63,927 bases of DNA, filler included, from Hyphochytrium catenoides (GCA_900088475.1; 10 parts of 10 records of this genome joined end to end with filler, not necessarily neighbours in it), one strand, 5' to 3'. Shown: positions 27,855 to 39,825, counted from the whole stretch's first letter. The notes: generated by a model not told the origin, from the sequence alone. Numbers and translations: made by a program.

Positions 27855-28422
27855 TTCTCTAGGTTGCCTTTTCTCTCTCTCCCTCTCTCTTCTGCTGCTC
27901 TTCACTCAGTCAACGGTCTCTCTCCCCACTGCCGCGCCTTTCTTGCGGAGCTTGTATCTGGCGTCTCACAGCTCTACTTCAAAGGTCCAGTAGAGAGAGA
28001 GAGAAAGGGACAGAGCAGAGGAGAGTGGAAGAAGGAGGAGATTAGCGCGAGGTTAGGAAGTTTCTCAAGGAAGCGAGAGCCAGCGGGAGGAAGGCAGACG
28101 GGTGAGAGAAAGGGCAGAACCGCGCACGGCGTAGAGAGTTGGAGGCCAGAGAGGAAAGACGGAGAAGAAGTAGAGAGCCTAAAAGCGGTTAGCAGAGAGA
28201 AGGAACGGAAGCAAGAGGACTGTCGCCCTGTTAGCACAACAGACACAAAGAGAGAGTCAGGATTAGGTGAACACCTCGTCTCCTTCTTCTCTCTCCCTTC
28301 CCCTCCTTGGACCATGGACCCTGACCTCCTCGGAGATAAGGGAACCCAACGGACAGAGAAGGAGACCACGGGTGATACGCATCGTCTCCATAGAAGATAA
28401 GGAGACTCACAGCTGCTGCTCC

Positions 28423-31400
28423 ATGGTGCAGCCAGCCTCTCTCTCCCCTTCTCCTTCTCCTAGCACTTGCCTCCTGCCGCCCTGGAGCTCTTCCTTCCAG
28501 CGTCGGGTGGGCGAGCTGCTGCGCGCGGCACCTGGGACGCTTCTGGGGCGACTGCTAAAGATCGAGAGCGCCGTGAAGGCTCGATGCTTTCTTTATGGGA
28601 AGAGAAGCGAACTCAGCACGGGCAGAGAGACGCTCCTTGCCCTGTGGGAGTTCCTACTGAGTGAGATAGGTGAGGAGAGAAAGACAGAGGAGTCAGCGTC
28701 GAGTGGGCACATGGAGAGAGAGAAGAAGGAGCGACGGTTGAGGAGCTGAAGAGCGAATATTACTCATTTTCTCCCTTACGTTACAGTCCAGGACGAGGGA
28801 GCACCTCCTGACTTAAGGAAGACAGCGTGCCGCCTGATCTCTGGTGGGTTCTTCTTTCTTATCCTCTTATGCTTTCTTTCCTCTCCTTCTTCTATCAACC
28901 CTCCTCCCTGTCTCTGGCTCAGGAATGTTTTTGCTTTGTCCTTCTCTCTTCATATCATTCAGTCCATCCTTCCTGCTCTCGCTCCATCTCACTCGAGGAA
29001 CCATCTCCTTGTCTGTACTCTGTCTCTCTCCCCGCCTCTCTCAGCGCTACTGCTGCGTCGGGAATTTTTTTTGGAGGAGGTGGAGCTGGTCCCGAGAGAG
29101 AGGTCGACGATAGAGACTCTGCTGACCTCTCCGTGGAGCCGGGCAGAGGAAGCAGAAGAGCCTCGGACAGAGGTCCCGACGTCTCCCTCTCCCCACCTGA
29201 AGCATTATCAGTTCCTCCTTGCCAAGACGCTCAACGCACTCCCAGGGTACGTTGGCCTTCCTTTAGCTCTTCTTCTACATAATCCTTCTTTCAATGCCGG
29301 GCGTCATTCCCTCTCTTCTCAATCCTTCTAAACGCCAAGCCTTGATGGCTCCTCCTCGAGTTCCGAGCTCCCTCCTATCATCGCTATATCTTTATCTATC
29401 TATAATCTTTTGACTGACTAGTTTGGCATTTTTGCCTCTTGTCTGGGGGTTAACTGGGCTGAAGCGGCTCTCACTAGTCTCTTCGCTTTTACTACGATCG
29501 ACTCCAATGTGCCCGTTCACTTCCGTCTAACTCTCGCTCGGGTTTATCTTTGTCCTTTCTTCTATTGTGGCTCACAACTCCCTACAGCTGGTCTGTCATT
29601 CAGCCGTTAAGGGTTGTTGAAAGAGCGGCTGGAGAAGGCAACGGCGTTCCGGCGAGCAAGCTGACAGAACTCTCCGAGGTATTGAACGACTACTGCCTCT
29701 CCTGTTTACCTCTTTCTACCGGTTCTGTCCTATAGGCTGAGATTGCTTTGCCTGGCAATGAATAGAACTCCCCGTGTACCACTCGTTTCCTCTTTCCGTT
29801 TTTTGACTTTCTTATACACGAAGCTGATAACTGCGCTGACTAACTCTGTCTATAGGAAATCAAGCTCGCTGTTGATGTGGTCTCTTCTGCATTCTTCCGC
29901 CTCCCAGCGTTCACTCAGATGATTGTCAGTGACGTTATTCAGGCGACCAAAGAGCGAGGAACGTTCGCGCCCCACCCCAGAAGAGCATGCAGAAGGGTGA
30001 AGGAGAGACACACGGCGCTCTCCGTCCTAGTAGGTAGGTCCTTCATAAGCAAGGATAGAACAGAGAGAGAGAGAGTTATTCTTGCGTAGAGGGGAACAAA
30101 TAGACACTTCAAGGCGCTGGAAGCAAGAGAGAAGCAGGAAGAGCCAAGGTGGAACCCGCACAGACCCAAGCGTCTAAGGATTGATTCTTTCTCTCACAGC
30201 CCAGAAGTGTCCCCCATCAGTTCACCTAAAAGCAGAGAAGGACTTTATTCGCGATAATCCCTCCCTGTTCTCATGGATTTGGATAGAGCCAGACGTCACC
30301 AATGTACTTTCTCCTCTGTCGGCCTCATTGCATCGCCTCTCTCAACAAACCTCTTCTTAAGCAATCCCTCCTGCACAAGCTTCCTCACCCTTTAGCAGCT
30401 GCGCTTGGCAGATCCTCTGATCTTTCGAAGTCTTACTCCCTCGTGTACCTCTTCTTTCAGTCTGAATTCACCTGCCCCTGGCTTACCTTAGCTTTTCTCC
30501 TTGGTCCTTGTCGCTCTCACACGCTAGATGTGTGATCCCACCCAGTTCCGCTGCTGGCTCACTGAAGTCTCCGGCAGCTCCCAATTCGTGAGCGAGTTCG
30601 TCTGCGCCTTCGTCTCCCATCTCCTCTCTGTCGCCAGCGGCCCCATCGTCTGGACAGCAGTTCCCGCTTACCGACACCTGGTGGGCCTGTTCGTGTCCAT
30701 TCTGCAACAAGCTTTCACCTTCCTCGCAAAAGGTGTGTCCCGTTACTACGTCGCCTGCACCTTTCATCCACTTTCCTTTACACTCATGTTCTTATCTTCA
30801 GCTTGCCACCGGTTGTATGTCTCTCTCCAGCTCCCTCTCCCTGTCCCAAAGCTGTTATCTGTACCTTCCCCCTTCTCTTAGACAATCTCGTTTGCGGATC
30901 GACATATTCATCCCTATCTGATGTCTCTGTAAGCTCTCCGTCCGCCACTATTACCTTCTAGCCTCTATGAACATCCGCGCCTCTGTTATCCCTTTCCGGT
31001 CATTCTCATCTCTCTCCCGCTGCGCTTCTCCTTATTCTCATGCGTCGCAGGCGTCACGGATTTGCTGGAAGTGACTGATCCAGAGGTGAAGAGACTTCGA
31101 GATGAACGCTCCGGAGTAACGTTCAGGTAGGACCGCTCCTGTTCTGAGTCTTTCTGCTGCGGAGAAACATAATCGCTGTTCCTTTCCTGCGTTTCGTGTC
31201 CGGGAGATTTGTATTGCACATGTCTGGGATCTCTCCCGCCTCAAAACTCAAGCCCCTCTGCCCCTCTTAAATCTGCAGATTGACCCACACTCTGGCTCGA
31301 GCGATTATGGAATCTTCCTGCTGGCTTCTGGCGGATCAGCGTGTGCTAGATATCTGGATAGTACTTGCCTTTTCCTCGACCAACTTACACGAGATGCGCA

Positions 31401-33009
31401 CGGTCTACCTTTGCATGGAGCAGGTGCTGCCCTCGTCTAGAGTCTCCTTTGCTAACGTCAATCTTTATCTTTGCGCAGACTGCATAAGCAGAACGTCTTC
31501 CCTTCTTCTTCCCTCCGCAACCCACATACACGAATGTACGCTCACCGCTAAACCCTGGCGTACTGTTCACATTCCTCTCCCCCACGTATCTGTGACCTTG
31601 CAGATTAAGACCTGGTTTCGTTGCTCCTTACGCGATGAGGTTCTTCCGGTGACTGCAGAACTGGAGGCGTCAGGCTTCCGCCTTCAGCTCATCCCCCCTG
31701 TGGAGATTTCGTTCCTCTCCGACTGTCTCTCAAGAGTCCTACGTGCAGACAAATTTGAAGCCGTTCGCTGCGCCATCTACTTCTTTTTTTCCACTCTTAT
31801 TGTTTTCAAGGTTCGTGATCCTCGCTACCTTCTTCCTTAAGTCTCCCGTGTGTAGCGGCTTAAAGTTGACGTTGACGGGAGCTGAGTAAATTGTCCCTGT
31901 TACTGGTCTCTCCTTCGAAGAGTGCTCCCATCTGACTTTGTTAGGTAGCCTGCGAGACTGTCGCGAAGCTCCTTCAAGGTCTCTTTGCCTCTTCTCATCT
32001 TTTAACTCGAAAAATTTGCCTTTTTCTGTCGTTCCTTTGTGCCCTAAGCCTCAGGATCGCCAAAAGCTGACTGAGAGCGTCTTGCTGGATCCGATGGCTT
32101 TCCATGGCCTCTTTCTTCACCCAAACCCAGAGACTAGGACTGCATTCCACTACCTTCTTGTCTACAGGGTAAGAACCTCAACTTTCACTTACTTTCTGTG
32201 AACCTTTTAGGAGGAGGTCTTGATATGCTGTCCTAGGCACGATAAGTTGGGCTACTCCTATGCTTATAAACTTTTATCTCCGTCCTGTGATTGAGCAATC
32301 TCTCTTATACTTTCCCACATTAAAGTTCCCATTCTCTTTCCCGCCCGTCTTCTCCAGCTCTTCCGCCACCCGAGGCCTTTCCTTGAGATTGTCACTGATC
32401 GCAAGTTGGATGCTTGTCCTCAATACCATGACTCTTTTAGCCGGAATCGCATAGGTACACACATGCGTAAAGAAAAATAGATTGAAATAAAGGATGAGAA
32501 GGTTGGAATAAGGGATGAGAAGATTGGAATAAGGGATGAGAAGGGAGAACCAAAGAAGTTTCACCGCAGGTTCAAAGATGACTGAGCTATTGTTGCCCCC
32601 ATGTCTTGCCTCTTCAGCTTTTATGCGTGACGACACCTTCCGGAGGTGGGATGAGCAGGGCTGTCGCGATGTTTGGGAGACAGAGTTCATTGTGGACATG
32701 AAGATCAAACAGAAATATGAGGCTTGCTTGATCACGCTAATGGACCAGATTATCGCAAATGATCCTAAGGTAGCATCACGTCTTTACCAATTTATATGCA
32801 TCTCCTCATGTTCCTCAATCCTACCTCTCTAACAGCCTTCCCCGGTTGAGCGTGCAATACCTGGTAACCAGTCTGTCTATGGGAAAACTTCTCTGGATGA
32901 GTTTCGGCTGTTGGTCCGCGCCTACTACGAGGCCTGGGAAGTAGATCCTAATTTTGATCCGCCGGACCCCCGGTTCTTGGAGGATTCTTCGAAAAAATTA
33001 AAAGGGTGA
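28423..33009 (+). CDS. DUF1765-like helical protein, multi-exon (start uncertain)
   Basis: SSCWLLADQRVLDIW..STNLHEM..CMEQ/IKTWF; AFHGLFLHPNPETRTAFHYLLVYR; C-terminal VYGKTSLDEFRLLVRAYYEAW. Family assigned from recalled motif pattern only. Confidence 0.6.
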
Positions 33010-34092
33010 TGACTATTCCGCGCCCATGCGCGGTCGCAATGTTCGTAGCACCTCACAAAAGGGAGAGGAGAGCACCCGTATTCAGTCAACACTCTATATC
33101 TGACGCCCCGGAGTCCATTGGACGGACGGACGTCCATACCCTTCGGGAAGCAGAGACTTCGCAATGGTCTATGCCACAGCTACTAAAAACAGAGCTTGGG
33201 GACAGCGATATTCTTCGGTTCCTTCTGCAGGGACAAGATCCCAAATAGCAATGCTGCGACTTTTGGGGGTTTCTTGTTCTCACTTTTCTAACCTCTCTGA
33301 GACTACCTGACGATGCTGCTGCTGCCACGTTCTGGCTGAAACGTAGCTGTGGAGTTTGGTTTGTTTTCTTTTGGGGGGGTACCAACCGCAACAATGCACT
33401 CGAAGATCGGCGCAAGAGCAACAGGAAGCGAGGCATCATGCCTCCCATTGTCCCTCGGCTCTTCTCTCTGTGTTTCCTACTACTATCCACACCTTCCAGC
33501 TGGCGTACTCCCAGTGACATATTTATTTATTTTCTAAGGTGTTCAATGGTAAATAGTAGTACGACAATGTAACCTAAGCCGTCGCCTTCATACTCCTTCC
33601 CTGCATACCGAACAGGAGATTGCTGACAGTATCACTCCAATGGTAGTGTTCTCCTCATCTCAACGCTTGCTAATCATAACCAGGACTGTAATCGGCCAAA
33701 AGAATCTTGCGGGGTTGACTTTCTTCTCTACTCCTTAGGCGGGCTTCTCTAATCATCTCTTCCTGCTGCTCTACCCTCCTATGATCATAACATATAAGAC
33801 TCCTTTATGTGACAGGATCATCATCATTAGGCTCATAAAAAGGGCAGAGCCATTAAGGTCAGAAAAAGGGCAGAGCAGGCCAACTCGACACTCCAAGTCG
33901 AGACAAATTTTCCAGTCATTGCTTCCACTTGGTGACGTGATTAGAAAGCAGCACAGCTTCTAGGGATGACCTGATGAGTCTAAACCACCAATATGTTGAC
34001 GAGAAGAAGAGTCACTCCTGATACCTCTTCCACTAGCACACGACTCACACCATATCTCATTGATTATACAGGGGCACAGCTCTACCTAGAGG

Positions 34093-34397
34093 TGTTAGTA
34101 CAGTTAAGAGTGATTAGATAAAGTGATCCGGAGATACTAAGCTTGATAAGGACTGAATAACGGGCGGGCCAGAAGATAGAGGATGGCACTTGCCATCAAT
34201 AGCCGCTCTAAATAAGGCAGTTCTTTTGCGCCACCATCCCAAAAATGAGGGAAAGAATATAGGGCGCCATTTAGGAGTTTTCTACTTAATTGTAGACAGT
34301 TTACCATAGAAAATGATCCCTAGCTTGTGGGATCCTTGGCGGGAATATAAGCTACCTTTATTTTAGTAACTGACTGTTGTCCAAAACCCATACAACA
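34093..34397 (+). mobile_element. Probable isolated LTR (~305 bp)
   Basis: TGTTAG...TACAACA termini. Shares the CTAGCTTGTGGGA + TATAAG motif and 3' end with the LTR at 40748. No TSD seen. Confidence 0.5.
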
Positions 34398-34409
34398 ATG
34401 CAAGAAGTA

Positions 34410-34870
34410 GCCTATGCAATTGAAATTTGGAGTTGAAGGTCAACCACCGTAAAACCTACCAGAATTGATGCTCTTCCAACTTTTGGTGTTCGGTCAGCCG
34501 ACACCCTCTGCCGTATGTGCACGCATTGTATACCTGTTGAGTTTGGTATGTAGAGGGGTTCCAATTGTTACTAGCTTGCGCCATTACCTGTTGCATATGT
34601 TCTTCTGTTTTCACTTGTGTTGTTCTCCCGTGGTAGAGAACACGTGGATCCCGAAAATTTCTCAATATATCTCGGTGAGCTCTTTATCGCTGTAAAGACT
34701 GGCCGCTCTCTGGTTACCAGTCGGGGGCGTGTGCTTTTCAATTATCCATCTGTTCCATAAGTTTGTTACCACCGTATGCGTTGGTGGACATGCGTTGGTT
34801 GGACCTATTAGGAGTTGGCTTTGTTTCGCATGGACTCCAATATTGTATGTCACAATATCTACTGAGTTCA
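34410..34870 (-). pseudogene. Possible degenerate retrotransposon integrase fragment
   Basis: Broken frames give LYSDKELTEIY*EIFGIHVFSTTG and NWNPSTYQTQQVYNA, resembling the rve core. Weak. Confidence 0.3.
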
Positions 34871-34886
34871 TCGCGTAGAACAAAGC

Positions 34887-36325
34887 ATGGCTTCGAACCT
34901 AGTCTTCTGTGAGCCATGCGTATGTATCCGCAAGTCGGCGGACGGGTCTAAACCAACCATCATCTCCGCTTTCGCCGACGACACACTGATATTCGCTCCA
35001 AACCTCACTTTCACCCAAGTCGAACAACTACTTGCGAATCGCTTCGATGTAAAGGACTTGCGAAAGGTCAACTATTTCCTTGGAGTCGAAGTATTCAGAG
35101 ATCGACAAAACCGCAAGATACATCTTCGAGAATCAATATGTATTGAAGACATACTGAAGGGATTTCGAAAAATGGAGGAAAGCAGCCCAGTCGGCACCCC
35201 AGCTTCGCCAGGTGATTATCCTCCCATGGCGTGTGAACTCCCATCCTTGAGCCCAGCTGGAAATTAGGAGTTTCACAAACTCCTTACCGCAACGCCGTCG
35301 GAAGGTTACTACATCTTATGGCTGTAACTCGACCAGGCATAGCCTACGCAGTGCAGGCAGTGAGTCAACAGATGGGAAACCACCGGAATGTCCACTGGAA
35401 GGTGAAGAGAATCTCTCGGTACTTGAAGGGCACTAGCGCCGCCTACGCACTATGTCTGGGAGGGGGAATGCCGGTCACAACCTCAAGCTTTTTGCTGATG
35501 CCGACTGGGCTAATGACACGTCATTCAGTCGTGAGTCAGTCAATGGGATAATTCATGGCACTTGGGTTCCGGTGCCTTCGCGTGGAAATGCAAAAAGCAA
35601 GACTTCGTGTCATCCTCAACAACTTAAGCTGAGTGCATCTCTCTCTGGACAGGATCCAAATATGCAGCACATATAGTCTTTTCCTTGGCTGAAATCAATT
35701 ACCTACAAGCCGGACCTGTCGAAGCATTCCAAAGTAACTAAAGTACCATTACTGTCTGTCAAATGCCAAGGCCAAATCTAAATACATTGATGTCAAGCAC
35801 TGTGTTGTCAGAGACAAGGTCAACCGCAACGTCCTAAGGATAACCTACTGTCCGTCTAAGAATATGACTGCGGGAGTTCTTACAAAAGCACTACCACTCC
35901 CGCTGTTTCAGGCCTTGTTACCTCAATTTGAGATAGTTACCAGAAATACCACCCATTTAATCCTCCAACTAGAAAGAAAATATCCCAACATCTCTCACCT
36001 AAAGACGTTTGTTTGAAACTGTGGGGAGGTGTTGAACTATGGACTACCTGGATCATACTTTATAGGGTTAAGATGTACCAGCTCAGCCGCCCAAATTCCA
36101 GTCCAAAACTCCAAGTAGAAGCAGAGATATGAAAGAAGAAGAGAAGCTCTAATATCAACTATGGCTTATGCCTATATGAGACCAACCTCTCCCTATTCAG
36201 AATAGGATTAAGTAGGTTCTTGAGCCTATAACCTATAGGGTCCCACAAGCTAGAGAGTACTCTGCTTAGCTTTAAGGCGACATGCTAACTTTAATAAGAT
36301 TGTCTCGAATTCCATACATTCTACA
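34887..36325 (+). mobile_element. Decayed Ty1/Copia 3' part: RT, RNase H, PPT and 3' LTR (36030-36325)
   Basis: EPCV...AFADDTLI (YVDD), DLRKVNYFLGVEV, TRPGIAYAV, FADADWAND, SKYIDVKH, all with stops or frameshifts. Purine tract GGGGAGG is followed by TGTTGAA...TTCTACA. Confidence 0.9.
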
Positions 36326-36379
36326 ATTTCTTCGGAGCAAAGGAGAAGCAGAAGCCAAGTTGGGGGAGCTCATTCTTTT

Positions 36380-38120
36380 CATGAGAACCAGACGGGTGAG
36401 CGCGTGAAGGAGATACGCTCCGATCGCGGGGAGAGTTAGTTAGCAGTGCTGCTGGCAGAGTGTGTTCTCGCCGGGGGATCCTGCACTCTCCTACATCTGC
36501 TTATTCCCTCTAGCAACGGATGCGGTGGACGCTGGATGAGGAATGAGGACTGTCATGCAGGCCACGAGATTCCTGTTGATTGCTACTGACCTGCCTCATT
36601 TTCTATGGGGAGATGCATTGGCCTCCGCAGTTCACGTGTTCAATCGCTGTCCTATTGCCTCACTCACTCGATGGCTCTACCCCTACGAAAAGTGGTACGG
36701 CAAGCCGCCTGATCTTGGTCACCTACGCGTCTTTGGTTCACTTGCGTACGCTTTAAAGCCGTCCACGATGCTGCGAAACCTTGATGCGCGGAGCTCTCGG
36801 TATATCTTTGTAGGTGTGACTCTGCACTACTCATGGGTATCGACTGTATGATCTTGTGACCAAGAGAATCTCTGTGCGGCGTGATGTGGTTATCGACGAG
36901 TCTGGGTCTGGGGCCTTTCTGTTAAAGCAGGCCAAAAGCCCACAACATCATGATTATTATTATGTCTCTTTGTTTCCCATTATAGGGAGCGAAGAAGCAA
37001 CTGCCGTTGAAGCAGGGCAACTAGGTGGTGAAGAGAGTGCAGCGAAACAAGCAGAAACAAAGAAATGCCTTCGTTTGACGCAGCCAGTCCAGAGGAGCCC
37101 ACCAATGACTTTCTGGGGCCGAAGCCAGAGAGCAGCGGTGCTGATGGGACGGAGACGAGCGAGCTTGGCGAAATGAAGATCATCCTGCAGCTTCTTCTCC
37201 CTCCTCTCGGATCACAATCACTTCTCCACTCGGGTGATCGTCGCGGGAGACTGCTACAAGAAGACTCTCTCTCTTTTCCAATAGGCCAGGCTAATCTTCT
37301 GCATGTCTCTGAACCGAACAGTCCGCGAGGCACTCTGTGGACCTCATGCCACAGAACGGCTAGCTGCCATTACGTCAGAGCTCACATCAATGCAGTCCCA
37401 TGAGGTTTAGGATCTAGTGTCTCCACCCCCAGGCGCTCATATTATCGACTCTCGTATTTAGGTCAAGTTGCATAGCGATGGCTCCGTGGACAAGCACAAA
37501 GGCACGTCTGGTCGCTCTTGGCAATCGACAGAAGCAAGGTATTGACTTTTTTAGCGGACTCTTTGCTCCAGTGATAGGGTATGATATTGCTCTTCTTTGC
37601 TCCAGTGATAGGTATGTATGCCTGCTCGTCTACGCACCACGTCGATACTAAGACCACCTTCCTGAACGGCAGCTTAGACGAGCAGGTATACATGCGGCGG
37701 CCACCCGGTTATGCAGCCCGCGGTGGACAAGAGGATCACGTCTGGAAGCTGACGAAGCCAATATATGGTCTCCGCCAGAACCCCAAGATGTGGAATGACA
37801 CGCTGCACCATTACCTTATTGAACAAGAAGGGTTCCAGGCGGCGTCTGTGACTTTGGAGTTTACGTCAATCGGCACTCTTCGAGACTTGCGACCTTGAAG
37901 TCATCGGCGTCTTCTTCGTTGATGACATGCTCCTCTTTGCTCCCACCACCGAGCAAACAGCAGGACAGCAGGTCTCAAGACCATGCTCTCTGCTCGTTTC
38001 TCCATCGCCGATTTGGGGAAGCTAGAGTACTACTTGGGCATTCAAATAAAGCGGGATAGAGCAGCTAGCTAGATTTGCCTTCGACAGTCCAAGTACATAA
38101 CAGAGATCTTGGAGCCTTCA
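36380..38120 (+). mobile_element. Decayed Ty1/Copia pol: integrase, SH3-like region, RT
   Basis: LPHFLWGDALASAVHVFNRCP, PYEKWYGKPPDLGHLRVFGS, RDVVIDE, HKARLVALGNRQKQGIDF, TFLNGSLDEQVYMRRPPGY, YGLRQNPKMWN, FVDDML. IN precedes RT, the Copia order. Confidence 0.93.
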
Positions 38121-38621
38121 ACCCACTTGATGCATATTCCAACCCTATCCCGGCGCTCCCAAAGACGTACCCGCCTAGAGCTTCTACTTTTCCTCCCTTT
38201 GACGCTTAGGCTTGTTGAGACTTGAGCATCTCCCAAAAGCAACAACAATCCGACAAGTGATAAAAAGGATCTGTAAGTCAAGACCGGCAACGCCTAGGAG
38301 GCGCAAACGGCTTCAGCTACAGTCCTTTTTTTAATGGGTGAATTAAAGCTGATTAAAAGTTGGATAAAAGTACACAAAAGGTAGGGACGTCATCACGGCG
38401 AAGTTTAGGTAGATAAAAGCATTACGACAAGCGTAGGAGTTACGGCAGGAAACACGCAAGTAGGAACAGAATATTAGAATGAAGGTCAGGTCCTTGAGAG
38501 GATTGGACGTAGAAGCTCTTCAGTTGAACTGTGATTGACGCTGAAACCAAAAAGTGTACAGCGGACGACGCAGAGGGGAAGAACTCCTGGTATATAAACA
38601 AAAAACGGAGATTAGTCAAGA

Positions 38622-38702
38622 GTACGTTTGGTGTATGGTGCATACTGGTTAGGGTGTCGGCATCAAAGACAGAGGTCCTGGGTTCGAATCCCGGAGCGTA
38701 CA
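38622..38702 (+). ncRNA. tRNA-like RNA (tRNA-Pro(AGG)-like) in 5' LTR
   Basis: Acceptor GTACGTT/AGCGTAC + A73; A-box-like TGGTGTATGG; TTAGGGT loop; AGGTC; T arm CTGGG-TTCGAAT-CCCGG. Upstream TATATAAA (38591) and TTTT at 38707. Anticodon arm non-canonical. Confidence 0.8.
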
Positions 38703-38778
38703 AAACTTTTCTCCGGTATATCCAGACACCCCCTCCCATATTAATTAAGTGCTCACCATCCAATGATAAAATTTAACA

Positions 38779-38792
38779 TGGTGTACGCTCCG
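38779..38792 (+). promoter_or_regulatory. Primer-binding site TGGTGTACGCTCCG
   Basis: Directly abuts the LTR end CA. It is the reverse complement of CGGAGCGTACA (3' end of the LTR-borne tRNA-like RNA) plus CCA. Confidence 0.9.
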
Positions 38793-39007
38793 AGCGATAT
38801 AACTCGGGCAATATAGTGAGCCATTTGGTTCTGTGACCACGGATACGATGACCATCACAGTTCCATTTGAATCTAGAGCTTACAGAGGTCTCTAGATCCC
38901 GGGAGAGTGTTGACCTGTGATCGACGCTGAAACCAAAAAGTGTACAGCGGACGACGCAGAGGGGAAGAACCCCTGGTATATAAACAAAAAACGGAGATTA
39001 GTCAAGA

Positions 39008-39091
39008 GTACGTTTGGTGTATGGTGCATACTGGTTAGGGTGTCGTCGGCATCAAAGACAGAGGTCCTGGGTTCGAATCCCGGAGCGTACA
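39008..39091 (+). ncRNA. tRNA-like RNA, copy in 3' LTR
   Basis: Identical to 38622-38702 except for a GTC duplication 3' of the anticodon-like loop. Confidence 0.8.
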
Positions 39092-39180
39092 AAACTTTTC
39101 TCCGGTATATCCAGACACCCCCCCCATATTAATTTAAGTGCTCACCATCCAATGATAAAATTCAACACTTCAGTAGCTCA

Positions 39181-39478
39181 TGTTGAATGTATGGTATTCG
39201 GAGACAATTATATTATGGGTTCCTCCTCGGCTTATAGCCAGAAAGGGTAGTCTCTAGATTGTGGGGCCCTATTGGATTTGGAATCCTGAATACTACTGAG
39301 ATATATTCCTAATAGAGAGAGCCTGTTCTCTCCTGGTAATATGCCATACTTAACACCAGACTCCACTTCTTCCATCATATCTCTGCTTCTACTTGAAGTT
39401 TGGGACTTTAACTTGGACAAGTTGGTCTGGTACATCTTAGTCCTATAAAGTAAGGCTCACATAGTCCATGCTTCAACA
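39181..39478 (-). mobile_element. Isolated LTR, same family as 36030-36325, inverted
   Basis: TGTTGAA...TTCAACA termini. Its reverse complement shares the blocks AGTAGAAGCAGAGATATGA, TAAGATGTACCAG and CCATACATTC with the 36030 LTR. Confidence 0.85.
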
Positions 39479-39494
39479 GTTTATCCTATAGTTA

Positions 39495-39684
39495 TGTTAG
39501 GAGAGAGACTTAGGCACTTGGCACTCAAGGAGGCTTAGGGAGGGAAAGTGTAGGGCCATGATGGTTAGGACTTTGGGTAAACTCCATAGGTTTACTGTAT
39601 AAAGGCGAAAGGGACTGATCGGGTCACTTCTGCTCAGTCAGTTTATTCTGGAACTCTCCAAGCAACACTCAAGTGTCTTCAACA
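39495..39684. mobile_element. Possible short isolated LTR
   Basis: TGTTAG...TTCAACA termini only; no second copy or TSD. Confidence 0.3.
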
Positions 39685-39825
39685 GCCATTGCTGCACCTT
39701 AGAAGGATGGCATTGCCCCCAATCTTGGTAGTGAATTCTAGACCGGCTTGAGCACCGCTTTCGCAGAACCTTTGTGCACTTGTCTTTTGCCGTCTAGCGA
39801 CGCTGGAGCTTGCTGTTTCAATAAG

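Larger units (their letters stand above)
38522..39167 (+). mobile_element. TRIM (non-autonomous LTR retrotransposon) with tRNA-like gene in each LTR and self-matching PBS
   Basis: LTRs 38522-38778 and 38908-39167 (5 substitutions and 3 small indels by eye). The 3' LTR has TGTTGA...TCAACA termini. PBS 38779-38792; PPT GGGAGAG 38901-38907; TSD CTTC(A) at 38518 and 39168; 129 bp non-coding interior. Confidence 0.93.

Noticed and set aside
32482-32544. Three 21-bp repeats, CRISPR-like at first sight
   Set aside because: No spacers; a simple intronic minisatellite in a eukaryotic gene.
38622-38702. Selenocysteine/opal-suppressor tRNA (CATCAAA resembles a UCA loop)
   Set aside because: No U33, no proper 5-6 bp stem around TCA, no long variable arm, and only a 7-bp acceptor.
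38440-39250. Short ORFs across the duplicated 260 bp unit
   Set aside because: They overlay LTR/tRNA-like sequence and show no protein motifs.
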